Assembly: GCF_036321535.1 (NCBI RefSeq) | Contig: NC_087437.1 | Span: 44,270,001 to 44,334,000 of the forward strand | DNA: 64,000 nucleotides | Reading direction: 5' to 3' | Origin: Camelus dromedarius | Lineage: Eukaryota | In this document: piece by piece, positions 35,256 through 49,420 of the stretch | How the letters are laid out: each line of letters starts with the position of its first letter | How positions within the stretch are numbered: position 1 is the stretch's first letter | Made by a program: the position numbers and the translations under genes | The notes under the pieces: generated by a model | The model's database searches: none | Told to the model about the DNA's origin: nothing | What the model saw: only the letters and a program-made list of their open reading frames with translations

Positions 35256-38200
35256 TTGACCTGAACTATTAGTCTTAAACTGTTTTATCTCCTGCAGCTA
35301 GAGAATCCCCTTCTGAAAGTATCCTTAACATTAGCACCTGTGCTGTTTTCCTCATGCTAAGCCCAACCCTGCCTCTCACTATAAGGAAAAGAAGTGAATA
35401 GGTTAGTGGGTTCAGTTTTGCTTTTCTCCGATCTACCTATCTTGATTAAGAAAGAATATGTTGAATCTTAATAATCCTCATAGTGAATTTGGAGTTGTCA
35501 GTGGCCTTGCTCTAAAATGGGTCTTTTCTGGTAGTGTATCAAAATGCTTGGGCCAAGAAATAATTATTGGTATTAACCTTTAAATAAAATAACACTACCT
35601 GTGTGAAGGCAAAGCTTTCCAAAGCTCTTTTACCTGTTTCTGTATTTATTTACTTTTTCTTCAAGTATCTTTTATTAACCTCTAGGCAGATTGGGAAAAA
35701 GAAATAGTTTGTTATGTATTTTTTCCTTGATGATTTCATATGTCAATAGTAGACTTTGGGCTGTGTTAAATTCCAGTAGGTTTAAAAAAATACATTAATC
35801 AAACATTCATCTCTCTTTTTTCAAGAGAGAGATGGAAGCTCATTGGCTGTAAACGAGATATTCAGGGATCAATATCTTGAACTCCTCTTCCCTCCAATTA
35901 TTTTAATTATAAAGATATCTGTGGGGAAAAAAAAAGAAAGGAAACTTTTGAAGTGCAAATGGAATTTCATTTACTTCTTCCCAAGATGCTGTAAAATGAT
36001 CTCTGTTTTGTAGTCTTCACTTACCGAAAAAGGTATAAAGTATGAGCAACCTGTCAAATACTGAACAACTGGCAGATGCTAGATCTGACATACGATATTG
36101 TTTTAAAGACTAATGTTTTTACTCTGGATAGTTCTTAAAATTTTGGCTTAACTGTTTTTATGTTGCTCTTTTAATAATTAATATTTAATATTACTAATAC
36201 TTATAGGTAATATAATTGAAAAATGATCAAATGATCTTTAAAATTTGGGCATTGTGGTTATTAACTGCATTGTACTAGCTATTACATTATATTAGCTACA
36301 AGATATATGTGAAAGAATAAGATCTGAGAGCCAAAGTGGACCACAAGCTGTCTGAATTTGTAAAGAAATCCTTTTAAAAGACGTATTTCTGAAATTTTAT
36401 AGTCATGCAGTCATCATCTCTTTTTCCTTTTTTTATATTTTAATTTTCAAATATGATGCATTTAGGAAAAGAGCAGATCAGGGCAATGGTATTCATTAAA
36501 ATGCCAGAAAACATTACCAAGGGGACAGGCCTAAATAAATTGGAATTAGTTCATGTGCGGATGAAAAAGCTAATGGTCTTTTCATAAGTCAATAATAATT
36601 TTAAGCAGCAGGGAACATGTTCTATGAGCAGGATTGTGATCAGCTGGTTTTATTATTCAGTGAAAATAAAATACGAGAAAAAATCTGCGCTGGAATTTTA
36701 AACAGAAGTATTTTTGCCTGTTACAGACGTCCATTGCTGTTATGTATGTCTTCCTGTTTAAAATCCTCATTTATAAACACCTCAAATGTACAGCCTTGTG
36801 TTCTTCCTCTGGGGATCCATATAGTGGTGGCAAAAGGAAGTAGGTACTCTACTCGGCTCCATGTGTGGGGAAAGAGAATGTGAGGGAAAAGGCAGAGCTA
36901 GCAGTGCCCATATTTGAATTAAGAAGCTTCTAAACGTTAGACCTTTTTGCAGCATCAGGAAATTTAGATGATTTCTCTTGTCTTCCATTCATTCCCATAA
37001 ATATGAAAGAAAACCAGTACTTCAGTTAAATCTGGCCAATTGTGCACAGATATTAAAAAAAAAAAAAACCCACAAAATTGTATGTTGGAGTAAACCCATG
37101 AGCCAGTGCCCATGTAATTTTGCCCGTTTTGGTTATTCCTACGTTGTTCTAATGAAAGGTTTGCATTAAAGAGATACATAGATGCACTGGGGTAAATACA
37201 GAAGTCTCCAACTGGATTCCAGCAGATGGAATTGAACCACAACTTACACTCATACATCACGGTAACAGAAGAACTTGAGCACAGGTGCGTGAAAGGCACA
37301 GGTGTTTCTTGGTAAGTTTAATAAAGAAAAAAGGCAGAAAAGGAATCTTTATTTTCTTGATTTACATTAAAAACATTCAGTTACTGTTAGGAGAAAGAGA
37401 AGGGGTTGCGTTAACTTTGAAGAGAGGATCGACATCATCTAGGCTTTGAATCTTTTCTGATTCAGCCTAACTTTTGGATGAGGTAATAGAATTAACAACT
37501 TCATCTTGAAGAAAAACCAGAGAATCATGTTTTGGTTACAAAATGTACTTTTGCAATCCTGACAGGATTATTGATAGAGACAGAAACTCAAGGTCATAGG
37601 CCTTGATGTTTTGTTCATTCTATGGTAATCTTATTTCTGGAGATTGTTTGCTCAGCTAGTTCTTAGCTAGATGCTGGGAAGATAAATTTGAACTTGGGCT
37701 TGTGACACCACTTAACTTGTAATAATGATTGTTATCAGTGTCTCTCCATCCTCTTTGGAGGGCAGGAAGTTTGGCTGTGTGTCTGTGTTTTTTTTTCCAA
37801 TTGTGAGTGACATCTAAAATGACCAGCTATTTCTCCCAAAGTGGTGGCTAGGAATTACTACTATGATAGACCTATAAATGCATTTTTATTATTTAGGGCA
37901 AAAGAATGCTATTGAACCATTTCTCTGTAGCTGCAATGGGGTTAGTTTTATTTTTGTTTCTTTTTTTTAAATTTGATTCCACAGGATTAATCTTAACCAA
38001 TCCATTTGGTAAAATCTATGTAACTGTTGCATTTTTTTAAACCTAGGAAACTCACTTTATTTATTAAAGTACTTTTTTTTACATTGTGATTAAAAATTTA
38101 TTTCTATATTATGATTTTATTCTACCTATATTTTTGTAAAATGAAGAAGGATATGGTCTTTGTTTGCTGAAGCAGTATAAATGTACAGCATTGAGACACA

Positions 38201-40538
38201 AGTCAGCAGGTGAGAGTTTAGGGAAAGGAGATAGCAGAGTAATAAAGCAAAAGTAAACAGTTTGTTTTTGAAGTTTGTTCCTTAGGCTTTTTAGCAGTTT
38301 AAAGCAAACAACTCTAGAATAAGATCACTTATATTAAACAACTACAATCAAATTTATCCAAATCAGTAAGTTGGAAAATGACATCATTTTTAAACAATCC
38401 TTTTTGGCTAATGAGTGAGCCAGATGTTCTCACAATCCTCAGTCCTGCTGAGTTCCTCTGAGCTGCTGTCTCAACAACTCAGCTGTCACTTGAGTCGCAG
38501 TTCTCTGACTGTTACAGTAGCATGAAGGTTCCCGTGTACCCAGGAACAAGGGCCACCCCGGGAATTCGCCTCAGGTCTCTCCACCCTGAACTGGTCCGAA
38601 TCTGGAGGACTTAGTAAAGACACAGAAATCAACAAGTCAGATTGTGGAGCTGTGTTGTGAAGACGGCATTGTTGTTGTGGGTAGGGTAGAGATTTGCTCT
38701 GAGGGAAACAGTTCAACTTGGGGAAAAGGAAAAAGAAAGCAGCCTTCAACAGTGTAGTTTCTAGTCCACAAACAGATTAAGAAATCAAGTGATGATGCTA
38801 GTCACGTTCATTTTCCTAAGTCCAGAATGTTACTTATTTTTAACTATATTGATCAGGAAACTGGACATACTCAGATGGGGCAAAGATGGAGGCAGGTTTA
38901 AGGACAGTGTCCATAAACTGGCAACAAGGAAGCCTTCACTGCCCTTTGCCTAGAGGGCAATGGGAGATGGAGCAGTAGTTAGAAAGACAGTTGTGTAGGC
39001 GATATTACTGGAGAAGCTGGTGTAGTCAGTCAAGGGACAGGGCCAGCCAGCTGTGACCTGTTGTTACTTTATGATTTAATAATTTAATAATACATAGTGT
39101 GAAGAAGTACTACAGCTAATCATTTATTGATTCAAAGATTCTTGTTCAACAGTAAAAATATATATTAACAGTACATATTAGGAACAAGAAGTGAGAATAA
39201 AATTATAAATCTTCTAACCAGCTTTTAACAAGAAAAGAGTCTTTATAAGGCAGTTAGGAGACTTGGAAAATCAGGTGACTCTGATGTCAGAACTGAGTTT
39301 GAACCCTCTCTGGGGCTGCTACTGAGAACACAGGTAATTCACTTAACCATTGGGCCCTGTGCTGGCTGAGCAGACTCAAGTGCAATAGGTACTGAATGAC
39401 CTAACGCTATTTTTGTCACCAGGACTCCCTTGCTGAAATCTTAATATAAATCACCGAGAATGAAAATATCAATTTAGTATACCACTGAGCCTTGTAATCT
39501 TATTTTAAAAATGTTAATGCCTGTTGTTAGACTCCCTGTAGAGTAAAAAACTGAGTGAATCTACAAAGAGTTTACAGAGGGATATACTTTTGTTAACTAT
39601 TTATGATCAGATTCACTGATATTAAAAAATTACAAAATGACACATGAGCTATGGGTAATCCCAGTTCAAATGAATGATTTCTTACCAGACCCACCCCTGC
39701 TACCAGGAATGATTGAGAACCAAGGCTGTACAGTTCAAATCATTTTTGACACATGTTTATGTTTGAAACAAGGATTGTGAGAGCAGGTGTCAGAAGACAG
39801 TTATCAACATATGGTAAGCTCTTTCAAGGCAGCTGGCGGCAGTCTTTGTCAAAGGTCATAGAGACAAAAAGCACAGAAACGGTTAGGTGCTTCAAGAGCA
39901 CATTCAGAAAATGACAAGTGTTAAAAACCCTGTTACCTGAACCAGAGAAAAATTACTTCATCAATAATGTAGAGTGAATTGAAAGATGAATCTGAATTTA
40001 GTTATGTAAGTTTCCATGTATCAGAGAGTAACAAAAGAATAGAGAGATGAATCAAAGTCAGGAAGCATATGCAGCAGAGAATGGAATGTACTTTGAGATT
40101 CAACCACAGTTCATCCCTGTAGCTTCTGTAGTCACTGCACTCCAGAGAGCAAGTGGAAATTCTGAAGTGTAGCCATCTGTAACGGCTGAAACTTAAGGAT
40201 CCATTCTCCAAACAAGCATTTATTAACAATATCCTCCAGGAACAGTGTTTAGACTAACCAAGGAGCAATTCCACCTCACCAAAAATCAATCAGTCAGGAT
40301 GAAAAAGGCAGTCTTACATCAGCCTATGATTCTGGACATCACTTCCAAGTTGGGGTGGGATTTCCTCACCAACAATCTTCAGATTTTCTCAGTAGTAATG
40401 TCCAGTCAGGATTCTTACTCACCTCTGACATCAGTCACTTGATTTTCCAAGTCTAGCTGTCTTATAATGACTCTCCCTTCTTGTTAAATGATGGTAAGAA
40501 GATTTATAATTTTATTCTCACTTCTTATGCCTAGTATG

Positions 40539-40638
40539 ATCATATGATCATCTTAATAGATGTAGAAAAAGCATGGAATTCTTTTCTTAATTTCCCTTTC
40601 TGATAGTTTATTAGTATATAGAAATGCCACAGCTTTCT
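40539..40638. mobile_element. Two short internal L1 ORF2 fragments joined in opposite orientation
   Basis: 40541-40574 (+) reads HMIILIDVEKA (cf. HMIISIDAEKAF); 40573-40638 (-) reads KAVAFLYTNKLSEREIKKRIP (cf. QKSVAFLYTNNELSEREIKKTIP). Confidence 0.75.
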
Positions 40639-43254
40639 ACACTTCTCTTTGAATTTAAAATTTTAATAACCTATGCAACATTCCACATTCAGGGCTTAAT
40701 TTGCTAAAAATAGGTTATTGATTGCTGTTTGAGGTGGAGAAAGAAAGGCTCTGAAAGAAAGGTACTGACAGATCTTGATAGAAATGTTCTGACATTTTCT
40801 TTACCTTGTAAATTCATACTTGCGCTTCTAACTCCTTGAAGCAGTGGATGATTAAAAGGAAGTTTTGAATGGATGCTATTTGAAATATGTAAGAATTTTT
40901 AGAAATGAGTGGTACCATTTAAAAAAAACCTCTAGAACTTACTCTCAAATGAACAGTATTCAAAATACAAGGGAAGTAAAACAAAACAGAGGACAGTAGT
41001 AGGATATCTTACAATAAAAACACTTGTGAAGGTTTTAAGAGCCTAGGAGAATCTTCCTACCAAGTGTTACCTTTGCTAAACTTGGAAGGTGTCTCAGGAA
41101 TTCTCTGTGACTAATGGCAGACTCGAAGTTTAATCAGTTCTTGTTATTGTATCTACCTAGTAATGAAGTGAAAAATTTAGCATCAAAGAGATGTAACTCT
41201 GATACTTGGACTGAAAGTATGAAAACTTGAGAATAGTCCTGGAGATACAGTATGATTCCTTGGCTTGTAAACATAGGTCTTCTTCTCTTTTAGCAAAATG
41301 AGTGTCCATCTAGTGGATACAGAAAATTTGCAATCAGCATGCTGTTAGGAAAGTATGTACTTATTATCTTAGATGCCAAACTTCACTGGAAGCATGGGCC
41401 TCTCTAAAATAGATCAAACATGAAAACTGCTAGCAAATTTGTGTTGGCTAAAGTTGCCATATGCCACGTATGTTTTAATTATTTGGAGGAGAGGATAGCC
41501 ATCCAAAAATTTTATTAAGAAAGTCTATAATCTATAAATACTATCTTAACTATTTTATATAATTCTACTCAAATGTTAAATTTTCATTAGAAATTGAACA
41601 TAAAATTACTAGACCTATGTAATGACTAGGTGAAATGGAGAATTTAAAACAGTATTAGGTTGGCTCTTACACATAATGAGAATCTCCCAGATGGTGCAGA
41701 AATCATTAAAAATTAATTTTATAACCACTGGACTTGTCCTAAAGTGTCTTGAACTGATAAGTCTTCCTAATCTTCTAGTGTTGTTCTAGTTCATTGATGA
41801 AGTAAAGTGGCTGGCTTTTTAAAATTGATAATCCTATTATAATTATTAAAGTGTAGCACATTCATTTTGTCTAAGGTGTTTAAAGTGAGTCCCCACCTTC
41901 CTCAAAGAAAATTATGCTATAGTACAGTGAATCTCAAACATTCAAATTTGAAGACACTTTTTAGTATAAGCCATTTTATTACAGACCTGTATTTAAGAAC
42001 TGTTGACTCAAAAAGTGCTTGATAAAATGCTACTATGAATTAATAGTGCTGTAAAGTAAGTATGTATTTGTTAATCCAAATAACACTTATACTCATTTGA
42101 AAAATGAAGATTCATTTACTAATAGTATAATATTTTCTTTGCATATGGTTGGACAGTTCTTGCAGTAGCTCTGCTACCTTGTTAGGAGTTTGTGGTTTTT
42201 GTTGAACCATTGCTCTAGACTTTGTTAAGAAGATACACAATGTCAGTGTCACTAAACAAAGGGCATCAAAGAAGGTGCTCTATCAGTGGCTCAAAGATGT
42301 GTCTAAAATCTGAAACATGACATGCTGAGGACTTAGCTGGATTCTCCTGATGTCACAATAGTGCTAGGAACAAGAATTCTTGGTCACTGGGGTGCCATTT
42401 AGTGTGCTAAAGGGACAAATACACAAACATACAACCCCTCATGTTTCAAGTGAGTGCAAGTGTCTCCTAAAATTCCCAATCAATACCCCAGACTAATGAG
42501 ACAGAGTAAGTCTGACTTATTTTAATGTAAATCATTTTTTCAACTCTATTTTTAGTTTACATACCTCCTGGGGAGATTAACACATGTATAATGCTCCTGC
42601 ATGATGCACTATTTAAACTATATCTCATGCACAACAGCCTTGTCAGGTTTGGTTTGTGTGTATGTACGTGGACTAATTAATTGGTTGTATTCACTGACTA
42701 CAGAATGTTATCAGGTCAAATGTACACAGCCACCAGTGCCTGATAGCAAGATTGGTTAAGGCATCTATTTGAAGGAAAAGAGATACATAAAATAGTTGAG
42801 AGAAAAATGAGAGAACAGAACCAAAAAGGTGATACAGAAAAAGGATAGGAAAGTTTAAACAGTGCAAAATATGAGAAGAGATGAAATAACTATTTAGGTC
42901 CCAGGTAACTTATTGAATCTTATCTTCACTTAATGTTTCAGGAATAACTTTTTCTATTTTTCATATCAGCTGTTATATTTTCAACTATATGGTGCAGTAG
43001 TTGTATGTCTGTCTTTCCAAGACTATTTCCACTTCATATATTCTGTATCTTTGTCCCTGTAGAAATAGTTGAACTTGTGAGATCTTGTAGGCAAGTTTTA
43101 TGATTCAGAAAATATGGCCAGAATGTAAAAGCCATTACATCAAAATAGGCTGTAGAGTTTTCCATGGAGAATTAACTTCAACTACCATTCAAGAGTACTG
43201 AACGAGATCAAGAGACTTTACACCAAGGATGACAGTGAAACATGGGGTTAGGAA

Positions 43255-43448
43255 GTGGGAGATCTTGTATCTTGAATTTGCATCCTTATCCTGCCATTTA
43301 TTAAATGTGACCTTAGGCAAGTAACCAACCTTTCAAAGTCTTGGTTTCCTCATCTGAAAATGAGGAAAGAAATTTCAAATGGTTTTAATGAGACTAAAGG
43401 CATATTGTGTAGAGTAAGTTCTCAATAAATGCTAGCTGTTCTTATTTT
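43255..43448 (+). mobile_element. MIR
   Basis: ctgccatttattaaatgtgaccttaggcaagtaa...ggtttcctcatctgaaaatgagg...gtaagttctcaataaatgctagctgtt. Confidence 0.85.
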
Positions 43449-44719
43449 TATAGTTAATTTTATTAGACTAGACAGCACATAATTGAATATCAACATTTGA
43501 GGCCGTGTCAAATTGTCTAGGAATGTCTGAAACAGAAATGATCATACTAAAGACCTTTCATAAGAATTCTATTCCTTCTTTGGATTTGGTATTATTGACT
43601 ATCCTCCTTAAAAAGGAGGGTGGCCTCTGTGTCTTGGACAAATAGCACTACTAGAAAGCTTATTGTGACATAAATGTTTAAAAGGTCCCCAATTGCCTTT
43701 CTTGCTACTGATTTTAATTTTACTATAGGTCAGTTATTGAAAACTGAAAAGGTAAATAGAGATGCTTTTTTTTTTTTAAAGAACCATCCTACTGCTTTAT
43801 AAATACTTGCAATGACAATTTTATTCCATTGTCTTTTAATTCCTTGGACTAAATTGTAAACAGTTGGTTATAGATAGACATTTTAAGACCTTTGATACAT
43901 TTTCTTAAATTGTTTTCCACAAGTGTGCTCATTCATACTCCTATCAGCTGTGTTGAGACGGCTGACCTTTTGACAGTTTCCTTGGCACACAGTGATTTTT
44001 TTTTTAATATTGTTTAAGATTTTTGAGGTCAAACTTATAAATTTAATAGCAAATTGCCTTCAGTCCTCAGTTATTAATGAGACATTACTGGGTCTGTAAT
44101 TTTTTTCCTACAGCAAAAATCAGTTTTGTTTTATATTTGAAATAGTTAAACAGGATCAATTTTTATCGTGTTTGTTATTAGAACTGCCTTAAAAAGGGGT
44201 GATTTGGTTCTGCAGCAAAGACGTGATTGCAAGAGTGGTGATCCTACAGCTTTGAGATCAGTCATGGGAATACTGAGCAGCTCTGTAGTTCTCTTGTAGA
44301 TCATCAGTCTTAAGTCACGTTGAAGGTAGGCATACAGACAGTGTGATTGACTAGCTCTAAAGAAGGGCTACCACAGTTACCTGCGGCATCAGACCAGAGG
44401 CTTCTCCCTTGGTTCTCTGTCCCAGTACACTTGCTTGTCGGAGTTGAAGTGAATATGTTCTGGTGCTATTTTTTTAACCTTGTTAGTGGCATGAATTATA
44501 TTTTTATTTATTCTGAAGCATTGTGAAGGATATTCTTGAAGTCAGTTCTGCAGTTTTATTTCAGATAAATCCTAGATGGCTTGCTTGACCTACAGCTAAA
44601 TTTCAGTTTATAGTCACTGCTACTCAAGGGGAGAATTGAATGGAAACCAGTGGTTACGTGCAACTGAGTACTCATTATTAGTAGACCTCTTCCTCATGTA
44701 AGACAGTGATTGGAAGGAA

Positions 44720-45058
44720 TGATATTTATAAGAGGAAAACCTCAGTTAAGACTTCTTTGACCACCTATTTAAAACTGTAAGCCGTCCCCCTTCCACCAGG
44801 TGCAGCCCCACTTCCTATCTCTTTCAGGGTTTTTTCCCCTTTATGCACCATCTCACATATTATATATGTTTATATTATATATTTTAACTATATATAACAT
44901 ACACTAAAATTTTCATTTTATTTTTCTTATCCCACAAGATGTTCCACAAGAGCAGAGATTTCTGCTGTTCTTTTCATTGCTCTGTCTCCTATGTCTTGAC
45001 ACATATTTGGCAGCACATTGTAGATGTTCAATAACCATTTATTAAGTTAATGAATTAA
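44720..45058 (+). mobile_element. LINE-2 3' terminus
   Basis: cttctttgaccacctatttaaaa...gttccacaagagcagagatt...cattgctctgtctcc...gtagatgttcaataaccattt. Confidence 0.75.
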
Positions 45059-45514
45059 TTTTACCAAAAATTATATTTATAGAAAGTACAGCAAAAACCA
45101 AGATGAAATAGATGTAGCCAGTTATTTTTAGAATAAATGCTAAATTGTGTTTAACTTTTGACTAACATCTTTCAAAGTTACAACATTCTAACATGCTAAT
45201 CAAAGCTATTAAAATACAAGAGCAAATATGGTGATACGTAAGATATTTTAGGCCAAATTTTCTTTATTTAACAAAAATACTCCCAAAGCCAGATTTTTCA
45301 GAATCTATTAAATCCTATCCATTACTGTCCATTAAAGTTAGAAAATTCTGGCATTCTGGGTAACGCTGTTATTATTTTCTCTTTCTACTCAATAATCTCA
45401 ATCTTTGTTACTGAAAATGTTTTGGTGAAGTAAATACATTGACTCTCCAGCCTTTCAGCTGGAGTACAATCACATATAATTTCTTAAAACCATCTGTGAT
45501 TTAAACACTCCCTA

Positions 45515-45820
45515 GATACTTGGTAATATTAGAGAATTAATGTTAGTTATTTTAGGTAGATAATGGTATCATTGTTATGTTTAAAAAATGACCCTTATTT
45601 AGAAATATGTACTAAAATAATTACACATAAATTATGTCTGAGTTTTTTGGTTTTAGGTTATTTTTCATTTTTTTCCAAAGTAATATGAGTGAGAATTGAT
45701 GGGAATATGAATGTAGTTCAGTTGCTAGTCAGTGGAGCTGGGTGATGGTTACCAGAGGTTGGTGGCTGATATATAATTCTTTTTCTGCTTCCATGTATGT
45801 TATATATTATCCATAATAGA
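45515..45820 (+). mobile_element. Old L1M (L1MC/ME-like) 3' end
   Basis: ttttaggtagataatggtatcattgttatgttt...agaaatatgtactaaaata...gagctgggtgatggttacc...tgtatgtt...ccataata, followed by a purine-rich tail. Confidence 0.7.
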
Positions 45821-45966
45821 AGGGAAAAAAAAAGGAGGAAATGGAGGAGGAGAAGGATGGGAAAGGGGAGAAGGAAGAAAGGAAGTATGAGAAGACAGAA
45901 GTCTTTATTGGAGGAATGGAGTAGGTGTTAGACATAAGCAACTCTGTATAAAACGATGGATAAAAT

Positions 45967-46137
45967 GAGTAGCTAACATTATTGAGTACTTATTTTATAT
46001 CAAGGACTGTTTTATATCCTTCAATCCTCGCAAACACTATATGAGCTGGGTTCCATTATTATCACCAATTTTCAGATGAGGAAATTAAAATTCAGAGTGG
46101 TGAAGCAACTTACCCAAAACATCATTGGTGAAGCTGT
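45967..46137 (-). mobile_element. MIR
   Basis: agctaacattattgagtactta...attattatcaccaattttcagatgaggaaatt...gtgaagcaacttaccca. Confidence 0.85.
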
Positions 46138-46869
46138 CAAGCCGTTCATCTTATTGAATCATTGTAGGGTGTACTATTATTTTATGTATGTCTCAGAAGG
46201 AAAAAATTTAGAATTTTTATACTTAAAGAACTTTTAGGTTTCTTTACATAAATCTTTTTATCATTCTTTAAACATTTTATATCATTCATAAAAAGGAAAC
46301 TATAAACTATAAAGCCTTTTCTAAAACATTTTGCAGTCAGAGAATGACTTACTCAAATCTATTCTTGACTCAGAGTAGTTAATGGCTGTGTTTCTCTATG
46401 CAACAATACCTCTGTACTATTAAGAGGCAGTGATACAGTATTCATTAAAAGAACGATCCATTACTGTCTCTGGAACTTTCTTCCAAGCCCGTGACACTCA
46501 TTCTGCAACTTTTCATGTTGACATTTTCCTGAACTTACCAAAAGGTATCAATGGAAGGCTTTCAACAATGACCAGAGTCCTAATTTTTGTTTTGGGGTTT
46601 TTTCCCCCCCCGAAAATGACCCTTTAATGTCTCAATAATTTGAAAAGGACTATGGTTGTCTCATCTAGAATAATAGCCAGTTAGCATATGCACAAACAGG
46701 TAAAAATAGGTCATAAATGCCACTTGAACTAGCGTGGTTGTAAAGACTATGAATTTGGAAATATTAAGATGTGGAGGAAAAAGTAAACATCTCAGAATAG
46801 ATAAAATAACGTAGACTTCTTAGCTGGGTAATGGACACACAAGTGTTCATTAAGTGTAATTAAAATGTT

Positions 46870-47275
46870 TGTTGGAGGAGATCCTTGAGAGGATTGGACT
46901 GCTGGTTGACCCATGAGCTGGACCCTGGCAATCAGAGGCTCCTCATCCCCTCCCCTCCCTTGGAAGGTATGTTCCACCCACTATTCCCACAGTGAAGATC
47001 ATTGTCAGGGACACAGCCTTGAGAGAATGAAGTGTTGAGACCATCTGGATAAGATATGTCTCTGAACCCAGTTAAGGCCTCTAAATAAACTTCCAAGATT
47101 TTAGAGGGTGGATATGGAGATATACTCATCTTGTGCCCTCCCAAGACAAGCCTCATGATAAGCCTTACTTATTAAGGCTGCAGCCTACCCATCTGGAGTG
47201 CTCTGCCTTTCTGTAGTCTCTCCTTGCCCTCTGTGTATATACAGGGACAGTTTACAGACCATCGACGTCCTAACA
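46870..47275 (+). mobile_element. Solo LTR, probably ERVL class; family unresolved
   Basis: TGTT...AACA termini; cagccttgagaga, gagaccatctgga, TATA-like ctaaataaac, ggagatatactcatcttg...cccaagacaagc and attaag poly-A-signal position in LTR order; no clear TSD. Confidence 0.7.
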
Positions 47276-48835
47276 GAAGATTGGATGAGACATGAAAGGT
47301 GGACTGGGATGGCTTATGCCAAATCTTGTATTTCATGCTAAAAATATTTTTGTTTTACTTTATTCCGAGAATTGGTATTTAAAGAAGGTTCTTAAGAAGG
47401 ACAGAAACAAAACAAAATATGCTTAATTTTAAAAGATAACTGATAGCAGTGTGTAGTATAGACTAATTATGGCTAGAAGTAGCTTAAGGACTGAGGAAAA
47501 CAAAAGGGACAGAGCACTGGGTAAATCTGGATGACTGGCAAATGGGACAGGGAACTAGATGAATGACAAAAAAAATTCTCTAATATGCCATGAATAAATA
47601 TCAGGCGTATCTTGGCTTGTTATTTACCTCATCTTTCTGAAAGTCAAACACTAAAATAACTTTAGACTCAATGTGTTTTGATGTCTAAGTGTGATAATTC
47701 TGTCTTTTAGAAGGTCTGATATTAATTGGAACACAGTCTCATAACAAGACATAAGTAGGGAAAAATTGACACATATTTAATACAATATTTAGTTTTGAAA
47801 TCTATGATGCATTTAGTCAGTGTCTCAGATGCAAATGCTTTAGAAGTACTGTTTATTTTCAAAGATATTGTTCAAGTGTAGGTGTATAGCATAAGGGATA
47901 TGTGTGTGCAAATGTGTAATTATTCAGCATCTATTAAAGTGCCATGATAATCGGTATATGGTATTATGTAACAGTACATAAGAACATATGATGGTAAAGT
48001 ACGTTGACTTAAGACTGTCTTTTAATGACTCTCAGTTGATAATGAATGAAAGGTAAATGAAAGGTTCATTAAGCTGTGTTTGGAAGAAAAAAAAATGTTT
48101 TCAAATGGCAAATGTGTTGTAAAGTTTAATAGATTTTACTAACACTGGGTCTTCAGTGTTTTTTTCAAGTGAGGAGACTTGCCTAAACTATTTGAAGCAT
48201 TTAAGAAATTAAAAAAGCATTTCACAGTTTATTTCACATTTTGAGCTTTAAATATTTGGAAATAAAAATCTTGTAAAATGGTTGGAGAGAATATTGGAAA
48301 TACAGCTGTTTCTACATTCAAGTGACCTTTAGTGTGGTTTTGTTTAATGTCCTGGTGTCTGAAAGGAAAAGCAAAGCAGAAAGGAAAACAACAATAACGT
48401 ATGCAGTGCACTTAGACAAAACATCTGCAGCGCCCCGCAGGTTTTCCAGCATGTTAGCCAGCGCTCAAACTTACCAAAAAAATAAAAGAGATGTGCTTTA
48501 AAGTTTGTATGGTTAAGTCAAAGAAAATCACATGCAGGGAAGTATTTCTAACTTTGATCCTTATTCCTAAAGCTGTTAAGGCAGCATTTAAAAATACTAA
48601 AAATGTAGTGAGTTTGAGATTTCCACATATTTACCTTTCTAATAGCATTATTAAGCATATGGATAAGGACAGTGTGATTTAGTAATATTATGAATGTAAT
48701 TTTAACCATCTTGCTCTCTGGCACATGAATATTTACTAAGGCATTTGCTCTTTTTTTTTTTAAAACTGCTTCTGATTACATCATCCTATATGAGACTTAA
48801 CTTTTCAAAACAAAAAATAAAAAAACCAGTGTGTC

Positions 48836-49420
48836 CAATAGGCAAGACATGGAAGCAACCTAAGTGTCCATCAATAGATGAATGGATAAAGAAGATGTGG
48901 TATATACATATATATATAGTGAAATATATACAGTAGAATGAAATACTGTCATTTGCAGCAACATGGGTGGACCTAGAGATTATCATACTAAGTGAAATAA
49001 GTCAGACAGAGGAAGACAAATATTACATGATATTTATAAATGGAGTCTAAAAAATAATACAAATGAACTTATTTACAAAACAGAAACAGACTCACAGACA
49101 TAGAAAACAAACTTATGGTTACCAAGGGATAAGTGGGGGGTGGCAGAGGGAGGGATAAATTAGGAGTATGGAATTAACAGATACACACTACTACATAAAA
49201 TAGATAAACAACAAGGATTTACTGTGTATCACAGAGAATTATTTTCAGTATTTTTTAATAGCATATAATGGAAAATAATCTGAAAAAGAATATGTGTGTC
49301 TATATATCTGAAAAAGAATATATATGTATACACATATATACACTTATATATAATGAATCACTTTGCTGTATACTTGAAATACAATACTGTAAATAAATTG
49401 TAGTTCAATAAAACAAACCA
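48836..49420 (+). mobile_element. 5'-truncated LINE-1 3' end
   Basis: KTWKQPKCPSIDEWIKKMWY translation; cagaaacagactcacagacatagaaaacaaacttatggttacc; A-rich tail; degraded TSD aaaaaccagtgtg versus aaaaaacaatgtg. Confidence 0.95.

Noticed and set aside
45817..45901. Polypurine tract as a functional triplex element
   Set aside because: It is explained as the decayed tail of the adjacent L1M and shows no clear mirror symmetry.
41303..48440. Additional CTCF-like strings at 41303-41316 and about 48427-48440
   Set aside because: They mismatch key core positions, and similar weak matches also occur on the plus strand (37219, 54015).
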